From Asterias rubens (Eukaryota): DNA of 64,000 nucleotides. Where the stretch lies: assembly GCF_902459465.1 (NCBI RefSeq), contig NC_047062.1, positions 18,600,001-18,664,000 of the forward strand, read 5' to 3'. Shown piece after piece: positions 12,956 to 31,105 of this stretch. Numbering within the stretch: position 1 is the first letter of the stretch; every line of letters begins with the position of its first letter. The translations under genes and the position numbers were made by a program. The notes under the pieces were generated by a model that was not told the origin of the DNA, searched no databases, and saw only the letters and a program-made list of their open reading frames with translations.

Positions 12956-13070
12956 CTCTAGAAGACGATCAGAGCATACTGATCGAAACGTCGAATTGAA
13001 ACCAACGGTTCTTTCAGAACCACCTCCAACTCATTTAGAGATAGTCATTACATGGTGTTACCGCAAACCT
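12956..13070 (+). mobile_element. Penelope-type terminal repeat fragment with hammerhead-like motif
   Basis: GAAGA-helix-GAAACGTCG followed by cggttctttcagaaccac; copies at 55300-55412 (minus), 39728-39765 and 48293-48375. Confidence 0.45.
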
Positions 13071-13997
13071 TTCCATATCGTGTTTCCCCATGCAAAGTTT
13101 CAAATCCTGCTCATATAGATTTGTTAATACTAATTAACAACCACTCAGTCACACACTGCAGCTGTTTATGGTATAAAGTACTTTGAGACATGATTTCTAT
13201 CGATGTAATACGGTCACTTGATAAATGTTCACTCCAAACAACACATTTTGAACCTGAAAAACGACTCATTAAAAAATCTTTCCTCAGATGTCTGAGGTAA
13301 GCATTCGAGAACGCGATTGGTACCCATTCAACATTCTTGTCAACATATACCTCTACATATACGGGTTTTTCTTACTGTTTTGTAGACACTGTAGCTGTGA
13401 ATTTTAACATATTTATTGGATGTGGATAATTGCGCACACAAATCAGCATTATGTTGACAAACACCTATCTATCGCCCTTTTACCTTTAAGGCGAATGGTG
13501 CTCACCTCGTGGAATGAGCAAAAGTCCCACCCCCCCCCCCCCCCGTAGCTGGTAAGTGTTGTGTTTGAATCGACCATTTGTTTTATGAATGTGTACAAAC
13601 AAACAAAACTGACCCAACAAAACACAAAATTAAACACACTTTTGGTTCTCTTTTGATAAGTCGTTTATTAAACTCTAAACTCAAGCTTCTCATTGAACCA
13701 ACACATGACATGTTAGTTTATTTCTTTCTTTTTCTCATGGACATCATTAATTTTCTCCCAATCTATTAAACTTATTTCATGTTAAGTCCAAGTCACCCAT
13801 ATCTTCGTACTATATTGCATTGGCATTTTTTGTAGATGTTCTTAATCAAACAATGTAATGCTTAGGCAAAGTAAATTTTACTGGGCCATGCAGAAAACAG
13901 TTAATGCCGAACACACGATGTCATGTGTGTATTGATTAGATGGTCCGAATGTTAGTTTGTTGGTACATAAATTAACCCATCAGAAACAACCCCGCCC

Positions 13998-14146
13998 AAT
14001 TGGAGACTTTGGGAACGCTAGATGACAGCAGACTCACCAGGTAAATAACCATTGTTTACGTAGTTCTGAGCATGCGCAGTTTACCGGACACAATGGAATT
14101 TACCTGGTAAGTCTGCTGCCACCAAGCGTCCCAAAAGTCTCCCATT
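13998..14146. mobile_element. Short MITE-like foldback
   Basis: Imperfect arms tggagactttgggaacgc...gcgtcccaaaagtctccca with inner cagcagactcaccaggtaaat/atttacctggtaagtctgctg; related fragment at about 16332-16410. Confidence 0.55.
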
Positions 14147-14345
14147 AAAGTTTCCTTCAATGAAGTTATGGACCGCAAAGTCTGTTAGAATTTTTGCTTA
14201 AAAGGCTAAACTTTTAGTCTGTGACCTCGTTTCAGTTTGTTGGTTCGGGATCTTTAAAACCAACTTCTTTTATTTCGAAGAATAATTTGAAAACAATTAG
14301 TTGCATTTATGGTGGACGTGATATTGGATGTTGACTCTTGATGTT

Positions 14346-19598
<5,253 letters not shown>

Positions 19599-20485
19599 CG
19601 TAGAGTAACTTGCTGATTTACTTTGCGAGAAGAAAACAACACGCTAATATAGAACCTAGAGCAAAAACGATTTTAAGGAATTTTAAAGAGTTTTGTTGTT
19701 CTCTCTCCTGAATACGAGCAGAGTATGCTGTTCTAATTGTCGATACCAAACTGGCTCTTTTTAAAGGCGACATCCCATCAAAAGAATATTAGGTTTGTAC
19801 CCGCAAGTTCATTCTGATTTTAAGAAAGGATTGTGTTCACACAGCTACTGTTCCTATTCAATTATAAGCATGAGAAATTATTCAGGTAAATTTTGTTCAA
19901 ATAAAAAAGTCTTTCCCGAAGGTTAACCATGATTATTAGCCTTCGAGACAGACTCTGCCAGGATCGAAACGTCGCGACGGGTCACTAACTAATTTTCGCA
20001 TTAATTTGTCCTTATACCTTGGTAAAGAGGTTTGCAACAGCTAATTCCATTTTCCAAAATAATTTCAACAACAGTTTACTTGTATGATGAATATCAAAAG
20101 CTAAAAGAAGGTGACTTACCCAGGTGATGAGATACCCCAAAAGTGGTTACAAAATATCATGCCAGTCTCTTTTATATCTGTTATCTATTTTGTTGTGAAA
20201 CTCTTGTCTTTGCAATATGTCATCAATTAATATTATGTTATCAACAAATTACAGGAACAATGCTAGTACAAATACTGATTATGACATGTATTTTGGCTTG
20301 TGTTATGAATTAAAGCGTCCATGTACTTCTGGTAATACCACGTCAACTACTGTAGACGAACAGTTTGTAAATACATGTATGCTTTTGTTGTTCTGGAGTC
20401 GAGACCGGGGTAATGTGTGAGATTTGAGGAAATAGCCGGCCTGACGGACGTTGTATGGCACTTGAAATCAAGTCGGTGACACTTC

Positions 20486-21780
20486 GCCTCTTGGTCCACT
20501 GTCTGGACTCGGACTCGGCCTGACATGTCCTCTTGGTCCACTGTTTGGACTCGGACTCGGTCTGGCATGTCCTCTTGGTCCACTCTCTGGACTCGAACTC
20601 GGTCTGGCATGCATTCTTGGTCCACTGTCTGGACTCGGACTCGGCCTGACATGTCAGGGTCCTCTTGGTCCACTGTCTGGACTCGGACTCGGCCTTGACT
20701 GGCCTCTTGGTCCACTGTCTGGTCTCGGACTCGGCCTGACATGTCCTCTTGGTCCACTGTCTGGACTCAGACTCGGCCTGGCATGTCCTCTTGGTCCACT
20801 GTTTGGACTAGGACTCGGTCTGGCATGTCCTCTTTGTCCACTGTCTGGACTCGGACTCGGTCTGACATGTCAGGGTCCTCTTGGTCCACTGTCTGGACTC
20901 GGACTCGGCCTTGACTGGCCTCTTGGTCCACTGTCTGGTCTCGGACTCGGCCTGACATGTCCTCTTGGTCCACTGTCTGGACTCGGACTCGGTCTGGCAT
21001 GTCCTCTTGGTCCACTGTTTGGACTCGGACTCGGCCTGGCATGTCCTCTTCACCACTGTCTGGACTCGGACTCGGCCTTGAATGGCCTCTTGGTCCACTG
21101 TCTGGTCTCGGACTCGGCCTTGACTATCCTCTTGGTCTACTGCTGTCTGGACTCGGACTCGGCCTGACATGTCCTCTTCACCACTGTCTGGACACGGACT
21201 CAGCCTTGACTGTCCTCTTGGTCCACTGTCTGGACTCGGACTCGGTCTGGCATGTCCTCTTGGCATGCCCACTGTCTGGACTCGGACTCGGCCTGACCTG
21301 CCCCCTTGGTCCACTGTCTGGACTCGGACTCGGCCTGGCATGTCCTCTTGGTCCACTGTCTGGACTCGGCCTGACCTGTCCCCTTGGTCCACTGTCTGGA
21401 CTCGGTCTCGGCCTGGCATTTCATCTTGGTCCACTGTCTGGACTCGGCCTGACCTGTCCCCTTGGTCCACTGTCTGGACTCGGACTCGGCCTGGCATGTC
21501 CTCTTGGTCCACTGTCTGGACTCGGCCTGACCTGTCCCCTTGGTCCACTGTCTGGACTCGGACACGGCCTGGCATGTCCTCTTGGTCCACTGTCTGGACT
21601 CGGCCTGACCTGTCCCCTTGGTCCACTGTCTGGACTCGGACTCGGCCTGGCATTTCCTCTTCTGCCATACTGTCTGGACTCGGACTCGGGCTCGGCCTGA
21701 CCTGTCCTCGTGATCCATAGAGTGTGGACTCGGACTCAGCCTGGCCTGTCATCGTGGTCCTTGCAGTCTGGACTCGGCTT
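20486..21780. repeat. GC-rich 42-bp minisatellite with higher-order structure
   Basis: Unit cctcttggtccactgtctggactcggactcggcctgacatgt; 36- and 48-bp variants; 216-bp and 78-bp higher-order periods. Confidence 0.95.
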
Positions 21781-23371
21781 ACCCGGTCGAGATGATTGTG
21801 TCTTTAATCGACATAAAAATGTGAACTTTTGAGAAACAATTGTATGTAATCTGTGACTCTTTTTACTGGGACATGCGCACATAATATGAACACAAACCTA
21901 GTTACATATTTGCTTCTGTTTCGCAACAAATGTTTTTAATATTTACCAAATACCATACGTTTTCATTATTTTACAGATCCGATGTTTGCGAATAATATAA
22001 AAACATGCTGTTCTTCTTTCAGTTCCCACCGACTGCGATAACGAACCACGTATGCGGTGTATAGGCTAGATTGCACAGAACTGAAGTTCAGCTCGATAGT
22101 CGCCTCTTGTGTGTTATTATTGATAACGTGACCTACAAAGAACTGACTTATTATCTCATGAAGAAACAGTTCATGTGAAGATACGTGTTGAGAGAGGGGG
22201 GGTCTGGTTCTCCTAACAAAATGAACCATCGTTATCGAGTGCTGAATATCCGAGTAGATTTGACAGTTCGTGACGCTTGCTAAAAAGTAGTTACGTTTTT
22301 GTTTACCTGTAGACCTAGACTCTCAGTGCATTGTACATCGCATCATGTTAAGAAACGCATACCTTTGTTTTTTGGAACCATTCAGTTTGTGCTATATGGA
22401 AACGAAGAAGTATACAACAATACTTACATGTGAAAATTTCATTTCAAAAGGTTTGTAGCGTTTTTGAGATCGCCGAAGGACGTCCCATACTTCAACGCAT
22501 GAGGAAGCATGAACGCATGGAAGCCATTTAATGTATAGCCGTAACCTGTGATGGGGGGGGGGGGGTAGACATACACTCTGCCCATATCGGGCATGGTTAG
22601 TTCACCATATCTGGGTATCAGATGAGTTCGTCTTTTGAAACACTGTGGTATATTTTAAGTATGATAAGGTAGTATTCTAAGCAGGTTCTCTTTCCCACCG
22701 ATATGAACGTCCATATTATGAAACATCAATGTTCAATTTATTATGTAGTTTATTATTAAATATTTCGGGCTAATGGGGGCTTTCATATGGCGGGAACTAT
22801 ACGGATTCAGTAAGCAGAAATAATGTTTTGGGCATTTTAGGATTCTTTCGTTGAATTCTGGCAATATCTTTTAGTGGTAGTAGTATCACTCATTACGTAT
22901 TATACACCACATACCTACGAATCTTTTCTTTGTAATAGCAGGCTCCCTGATGTAAATGTCTTGCTGATGACAGCTTGTTCTCGGAGGTTCCCAATATATA
23001 CACCCTCTCGAGACAAACCTTTTGACTTCATTGGGGAGCCAGTAAATAAAGTGCAACAATCTTGCATCTGTGTCATTTCTGGTGTTACTCCTGAAAATCC
23101 AATTTATTATTCAAACACGTAAACAGTATATTTGTGATGAGATAGGGGCCTACTTGATTTATTAAGTTTTTCAACAATACATTACAGAGATAGGAATAGT
23201 AGAATAAATAGAGTGTTTGGGGATTTGAGGTATTGCATGGTGAGGTATCAACATTTGGTTTGGAACAAAAAGTGCACCTACAAGTAGACACACACACATG
23301 GTGTTACCGCAAACCAAATATATAATTTAAGTGTTATTTAGGGACTCTTGTTTTCAAAGACAACATTATTG

Positions 23372-23944
23372 ATTATTATTATTATTTATATCAGGCTTCC
23401 AGGGAGGCAAAAATATATATGCGTTTTGAATGCTTTCGTAAAAAGTACCCGGATGACAGCAATATTGTGTCAGTAAAAGTGCCAGGAAGACCTGGAGAAA
23501 CCTGAGCCGTAATACCATTGACCGAGGACACCACTCGAAATAGAAAACAAGTTCCCGGAGACAGCAATATTGCTTCAATATTGCTCCATCCGGCCATTTT
23601 AACAAGTTCCGCTGGTTCCATAGTCAAGAGCGCGTGCTCACTGTTGTTAACCAGTGAACGGAGCTGCAGATAATAATCAACAACAATGGCTGCTTCTACT
23701 AGCGGCGCGAGATTCGCTTCGGTTTCCGATGAGGATTTTGAAGAACTTTTGAAGAACAAAGACGCAGAAAACACCTTGAAGGCTACAAAACAAGCAGTAC
23801 CTGTTCTGACGGAAAAAAAATCTTCCAACGTATTTTGAAAGAGTAGATAAGCTTGAAAATTGAATTTGAAAATCTGGAATCAGGTGAGCCAAAATAGTGT
23901 TGCTTTAATCAAGTCCTCATCCTGATATAAATAATAATAATAAT
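23372..23944 (+). mobile_element. Non-autonomous element with 24-bp TIR carrying a short Crypton-like ORF relic
   Basis: TIR ATTATTATTATTATTTATATCAGG perfect. ORF 23686-23838 MAASTSGARFASVSDEDFEELLKNKDAENTLKATKQAV resembles from memory the N-terminus of animal Crypton/DUF3504 tyrosine-recombinase proteins. Confidence 0.5.
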
Positions 23945-24081
23945 ATTGGACGGCTTTTTGGGGGGGATACAAGAATATATTGCACTCGCTATTACAATAT
24001 TGCACTCGTCTTCGACTCGTGCAATATTGTCATAGCTCGTGCAATATATTGTTAAATTCCGCTCAAAGCCATCCAATATTA
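23941..24081. mobile_element. Foldback element with C-GAA-G mini-hairpin centre
   Basis: Arms taatattgga(c/t)ggcttt...; centre tattgcac-tcg-tcttcga-ctc-gtgcaata. Confidence 0.6.
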
Positions 24082-25069
24082 TATAAATAGCCGATCCCTG
24101 CTAAAGGTTCCTTTAATGTTCTGATGTGGATTACCTTCATAAAGTGCTATGTGCTGCAGTACACGATAAGCATAACTCCTGTGTGTAATCAACTTCTGAC
24201 AACAACAAAATTACTTTCCCTATTCTATGTTCACATCACATTGTATGTACTTCATCTTTTAAGTGGTTGATTAAGTTATTTTATACCCGGGCTTGAAGTT
24301 TAACGAGCGACAGCCTTTATTCCGAGGATAGCCGTTTCTATATACCCGTACATCCAGAATTTAATACCATTAAATTCTGGATGTACGAGTATACTCTAGA
24401 CAGTTTTCGAAGGTCCTATTACTTCATTAGTGGGTTTCAACAATATACAATGTAGAATTAAAGCAGTGACGTCTGGTGATCAATGGACTCGTGCGTAAAC
24501 CTATTTTTCATAAATTCCAATAAAAGAGAGTTGACTTCCGGTTCTTTATACAAAGAGGAATTTGCTTGTGCCAATCAAAAGGTCAAATACAATTCCTTTT
24601 TGTTTGAATATCATCAAAATTCAGGAGTGATACTGAAACCGTCCGTTTAAAAACGTACGGACCATAATATTTATGGAACTTCGAAATGCAACTAAATAAT
24701 GGTGCCTAAACATAATTATAGGACATAGCGTTATGGTAACAGCTCAATTCCATTCTTTTATAAAAGTTTTAGACTTTTTTAATCTATGGGATATAGGGCT
24801 GTTCAGTTTTTAACTTTAATGCAAGGATGCCCTCATAGTGTGGCTTCAATGTAAAGGCGGGCTTTATAAACCCTCCTTTATATTAAAGTTATACGTTATA
24901 TATAGGCCTACTGTAATTTTTGTAATGTTTTCTCAATGTATTGTCAATTTTGTTTTCCTTTTTTATGGTCATCTTTACTTCACTTCAAATTCACCTGATT
25001 AAGGTGATGAATATTTCTAAGTGTATCGGTACATCCTGGTGAAAACGTTGGATGGGAAGAGTAAACCCC

Positions 25070-25201
25070 GTCCATCCCTTAACCAGGTATTTCCAATCAG
25101 CTGTAAACGCCAATACATAAAATAGCAGTAGTTTTTGCGTACCATCCCTCACCCCGGTATTTCTAATCAGCTGTAAACACCAATACATAAAATAGCAGTA
25201 G
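25070..25201. repeat. 70-bp-period local tandem duplication
   Basis: 25086-25131 and 25156-25201 match with 2 mismatches. Confidence 0.75.
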
Positions 25202-26160
25202 ATTTGTGAACATTATTCTGAAAGCTTCGAGGAATACAAATATTGACATGGATCCCGGATGCCCAGGGGCCCCGAAACTGGCTTATAAGAAATGGGATAT
25301 CAGATGCTACGTCAGTTTGGCTCATTTCTGCATCATTTGACACACTTTTTCCGGGTCACAGTGACTCTGAATGGGTTATGCCTCCTATCCGGAAGCGGGT
25401 GCAGTTCTCAATTATCAGAGTGAACCTTTTTAAGCTCCACGGTACCAACACTTCCGAAGAAAGGCTCAGTGTCTCTATGGTGTAATACTAAAATCTCTTT
25501 TTAAACATGTTTTTAGCCGACATGTTTCAGCCACTCCCCCATCAGTGTCTTGCGCGGCATGTTATTTTGATTGCGTATCCTTTTCAAGACCACACAAGTC
25601 ACATACATTCAAAATATCAAAATAATTATCCAACTTCCGACACAGAGTTACGCCATACACGTCGTTAACTCGAATACCAGTAGACAACATTTGATTATCC
25701 CAGCGGCTCACATGGTCTAAAACCGGGAATGGTCGATCATTCTTCAGAATTCCACGTAAATGTTGATCGGAGGAAAATGTTCAGAACATTTTTGGCATAT
25801 ACTTTTTATATTGTATGATTATATTTTTATCGTTGACAGTTTTTATACTTTTGTTTTAACCTTGACAGCCCCTGTACAACTTGTAACTATTGTGCATGTC
25901 TAAAGATTTAAAATAAAATAAAATAAATAAATAAACGTTTTTCATTTGTTTTGGGGGTTTTCTTTTCCCCAATTTAAGTTTGAACCACCCAAAGGACGGG
26001 AGAATGTCCGTAGTTTACCACTTCAGCTTGACAGGGTTTTCATGAAGTGGTGATGATATAAAAATACAATATTCTAAAATGTAGACATATATATGTGAAT
26101 CGTATAAGAGCAGTTGGTGACAAAAGTGGTGACAATTTTCCGGGATATTTCCGTCCCTGC

Positions 26161-27693
26161 TCAGTCACCCAACTGCCGTGAAGGCGAGGATACTGTCTCC
26201 GAAACGGTATTGACGCTTCCGACCTGGTTCGAACCTTGGCGCTTACAGAAAATCTGCAGTATCCCTTGGCGGAACGGCTTGTTCATCATGGTGTAAATTA
26301 TTGGATTCACACAGGAATTAGCCACAGCTAGAATGATGGTCACGCGATGGTCAGCAGATCCCAAAACCATTGCAACGCCGAAGTTGAAGAGCAGGAACCA
26401 GATCTGGTTTGGCGCCCAGCACACAGCAAATGTAATGACGCAGGCCAGGAGGGTTTTCACCAGGGTTTGAGACGCACGGAGTTGCCACATTTCACGCCGA
26501 TGATCACGAGGATTAGCGCCCGTAGAGGCTTCACGTTGAGGAGTAAAACAAACAAGGAAAAGGGAAATAAGACTAATAAAAGAACAATATTTAAACTGAC
26601 ATAACGTCTGCTCAGAAATATAAGGCCATCAATGGCAATTTTGTATTGATGAGCAAAAGTGTCTTTAACGCCATGCCACAGAGTTGTGAAATCAACTGCC
26701 TGAACACATCAAAAACAGTACATTCGCCACTTCAAGTCTTCAAGTCATGCTTACTGCTTATAACTTAACTGTGTTCTCTTTTGAGTTTCAGCCCCTACCA
26801 GAGTATAACTGTGTTTATGGTTTTGGTGCTTTATAAAATAAATGTCAGGTTTTTTTTTTTACATCTTTTATTTTAATGAATACTATGTTTCAACAAACTT
26901 TCCATCGCTACTTTTCCTGGTGTTTTATAAACAAACTTCACCCGAAGTCATGAACATCTTTATGATGAGTGTACTCACCAGCTCGACTAGTTAGCTCCTT
27001 TACTTGTTTGTTAAGAGTGGAAATCACTTTCAATTGCGCATACAGCATCACGGCCAGTGGGAAAAAGAACCGAAGAATGAAATTGTACAAGCCGTAAGCC
27101 GCCTTTGCTCCCGTAGTTGGCCAACCCGAAAAGTGGCAGCCTTTGACTTCATCCTCTTTGTACAGAACCAGCATATCAGATTTAGTTATGGCTGCCATAA
27201 TCCAACAACTTGCAATCATGATGTATTTGTTTTTTCTGGTGAACACCATCTTGTACTTATGTGGGTGGACGATGGCAACGTAGCGCTCCAAACTCACGGT
27301 AGTCAAACAAAAGACAGAAGTCACCGTGAAGACCCAGAAAATATACTTAGTCGTGTAGAACCGGCACCAGAACTCGCCGAAGAACCCCGTGTTTGGGGTC
27401 GAGTTGGATCTGGGTGGAACAAGGTAGGATGGGATGACCAAAACACAGACCATGAAATCTACAACGGAGAGATGCACTAGGAAATCACTGGTGTTAGACC
27501 GCAGGGACGGCACACGGAGGAGTACGACGGCAACCAGTAAGTTACCAGTGATTCCTACCGAACAGATTGCACCGTAGACAACTAAGACGAATTTGGCGAA
27601 AGCATCTCTGTCTCCAATTGCTGGGTCTCCCTCGACCATCGTTTCATCAGTACTGGTATGTACGGTCGTATCACGGAAGTCGAGTTGATCCAT
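26161..27693 (-). CDS. Rhodopsin-class GPCR, galanin/allatostatin-A receptor-like (paralogue 1), about 360 aa
   Basis: Exon 1 26979-27693 (TM1-5; GITGN, SLERY), phase-1 intron, exon 2 26161-26528 (CWAP, NSCVNPIIY). Confidence 0.88.
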
Positions 27694-30519
27694 GACGGAC
27701 ACTTTGTTTCCTGCTGCTCCTCTTAAAGTCTTGCAAGACTTGATGCAGTTCTCCTTATTGGCCGCGCCTCGTCTCCCAGCATACTATTCGCCCCAAGCGA
27801 TTGACAACATATTATTATTAAGGACATGTCCCTCCTCATTGCTAACTTGTGCAGTGACGTATGATGGCATTATAAACGGTGATGATACTCACCTCTTGTA
27901 AAGCCTAAATGAAAACGGAAAAATGGATTGGCCATGCTGGCATCTGTAGAATTGAATGATTTTTTAATTTAAAGGATGTTAAATTTTGCATCGGGGATAA
28001 AAAATATCCATGTGGTTTTAACCAATATACACCGATGTGTGTTAGCACTGTATACTCAGCTATACCTTCCTGAGTTCTGTGGGGGAAAAAAGGGTATTTT
28101 TTTGGTCAACATTACAGATTTTTCACTTCTTTACTTATACAAACAGTTGTCAATGTGTTTGATAACCATTATTGGCGCAATTATTTAAAACAGAGTATGA
28201 AATACATCCTTGATGGATATACCACATCTTCAAAGTAGTTAGTTATCGCAGACTTTAGACCAATCCAATCAATTCTTTTCGGAACTCCCGTGACAATTAA
28301 TTGCCCATTATAGTCCTGAAGGTTTCATCTATCTTGCGGAAGTGATTATTTTTGAAGATTGGAACTCTTAATTAGCATAGTATAACCTCATCCCCAAGGA
28401 AACTAAATTAAACTACTTGACAAACCATTTCCTCGTGGAAAATAACATCTGAGGTTTACACAGGAAAGTATACGAGAAAACATTAAAGGGAAGGTATATG
28501 CAAGCTTTTCGGCATTGCGGTAAAGTATACGTTTGATTTTGGAACTGTTCAAATTGGTTTTATGTTCGTCCATACACAAAATCTATAACTACAAACCCGT
28601 TTTTGAGATGCCAAAATCCGGAGTGGTTGTGTCCACGCAGGAACAATATTATTCCGTAATTGAAATACACAATATGAGAAACATAACTGATTTGAGGGAT
28701 AGAAACTGATATATTTTTCCATAAACAAATCACTTTGAAATGAAATCATCAAAATGTACTTTCTAACCTAGGACGTTTTTATTGCCATTAATTTTAAAAG
28801 TGATTACCAAACGTAGGCCACCTTCCCTTTAACAAATGTTGTGTCTACGTGACGCTCATTCCTTTGGAAAAAACCGTGCGTGCACAAAAATGCTTTACAA
28901 AAATCCTTTAAAAAAATGCATCGAGATGAAATTTTCTATCAAAGGCAGCGATCTAATGAATCCGTTTGAGATCAATCGGCCATTTGGGTCACGAGAAAAT
29001 AGTGAAAAACACGCTCACTGATCGAGTAACTCCAGACGGGAAATTAACTTTATTTATTTCTCATCAAAATTACATTTAAGACGGGAAATATTCAACTATC
29101 ATCATCATGGACCGTGTGAGATTGATGTTGATGTGAGATCTTAAATGTGTGTTTTTTTTCTTACCAATTATGTTATCTTCCTTTAATGGTCTGACATTTC
29201 GACAATATCACAGTCTTTCTCGGAGGCTTAAACAAAACATTGTTGTCATTCAGAAAACTGTCTCCGCTATTTGTTTTTCTATATTTTAGAGATTTTATTT
29301 TTGTATCTTATAATACCGGTGGGCTCGAGTATACCTACATAAACATGCATCTCATCATAAATTGTCAAGGGCAAACCGAAGGGTATAAAGGAAATGTTAA
29401 ATCATAAAAAAAATAATTAAAAACAATACTAATTAAAAAAAAAAAAACCTAAAGACAAAATTGAAAATTAAGCATATATTTTTTTTTGAGAGACAGATTT
29501 TATTTTTTTAATCTTATGATACCATAAGCCTGTTAAGCTTTTGTATAGCTGCATTGAAATAGCAGTTAATATTAAATGCGAAGGGTAAACAGAAGGTTAA
29601 AGAGGAAAGGTAAACCCGACAAAAAAAATTGAAACAAGTTTAAAAAAAAACCTCAAAACAGAATAATTATATGGATATAAATAAATCAACAAAGTGACAA
29701 TTGTCTCAGTGTAAAATATCTAGGTTACCGTTACTCGGCGAATAAAAGACACCATTTTTGGCACAAGGTTTCCCAAGGGGTTGTTAGTTAATATTAGCGG
29801 AGGACCCCTTCGGAATGTTTAAAAACAAATTATGTTAATCACAACATTTCAAAATGGCCACACAATAATGACAAAATATCACCGTTCTTGATTCAGAAAA
29901 AGATGTGAATTTTGTTTTTGTAGGTGAATACTATAAGACATGTTTTGGGTACGGTTTAGTCCAATGAAGTTTCATTTGTATGTTTAGTTTCAATAGACAA
30001 TTGCCGTGTCAAACAGTTTGTGATCTTATTTTAAAGTGACGGTGATGTTTGGTTTCTGCAAATGCCATCTTCTCAAGTTGGTCACTTTTCAAGAAGGAAA
30101 AAACCTAACCTAGTGATGTCCGACCGTTAAGCTTTCAGATTGAATATTTTCTTTTTCTTAACCCTTAACCTATATCCATTAAAAAAAAATTCTGTTTTTG
30201 AGTGCTTTGGTGACTTTGTCCTTCAGAATCAAAACGAAATGCTTTATGATGACACTCGTGTGGACAACGTGCACCTGTGCCGAGTACGGGGATGTTTAGG
30301 ACGTTTTATTTACTAAACACTAAAAGCATTTTCAGCCATTAGTTGAATCCATCAAACAGAAATGCATCCATTTTTTGTTGCACTTAAATTATTTTATTTT
30401 TTAGCTCCTGGTCATTTATATCAATACACACAGTGAAGGTTATTTTTAAACAGATGCTTTACTCCCGGTCTCTTTTTTGTCCTTGAAAGTAATTTCAAAA
30501 TGTATTCGATGAAATGTAT

Positions 30520-30549
30520 AGCCACCCCATAGAGCTCTATGAGCCACCC
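30520..30549. mobile_element. Excision-like footprint of the CATAGAG element family
   Basis: AGCCACCC-CATAGAG-CTCTATG-AGCCACCC. Confidence 0.7.
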
Positions 30550-31105
30550 ACATCAGTTTCCACAGCATTTGCGTTTTGTTGCGAAATTGTTACTTTTGTT
30601 TTTAGCTTGGAGCAGTCGTGAAGGCCAAGGTTGTTGAGGAAACGATTTCGAGGTCGTTGGAGAACGTGATTAAATATCGAGTCGAAGGTTTTGTTTAATC
30701 TTTTATGCCGAAGACTTATCACTCTGGGGACAAGTCAGTTGCCGCTCTCGAGGCCCTGCGGATTATAACATCAATTTATTTGACAATCGCCGCTGTCAGA
30801 GAAACCTAGATCAACATTTTGTGTCCCATGATCTCGAACATTACGAATTGTATGTAATATATTACTTTATAGGGCTTGATTGGATCAAACATCGGTCCAA
30901 TAATCTCACTGTTGCTTGGTCTTTTGGTCTCGGAAGTTTATGCATGGTATTCCCAAGTATAAACAAATTCATTCCACAATTAATGTATACGGACTGAGTT
31001 AAAGACCCCAAAAGAGCATTGTGCGATTTGCATAATCATATAGGCGATGGATGTAAATCGAAGTGGTGTGCGAGCCTCTAGCTCGTACTTTGAAAACTTT
31101 GCGTT

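Noticed and set aside
20347-21752. Long repetitive ORFs on both strands as real proteins
   Set aside because: They arise from a stop-poor 42-bp unit. The RVRVQTVDQED frame is broken by a TGA at 20767 and several single-base indels, and there is no clear splice context.
27004-27480. Plus-strand ORFs antisense to GPCR exons (also 36006-36452 and 45003-45185)
   Set aside because: Shadow ORFs of the GPCR coding strand with no independent features.
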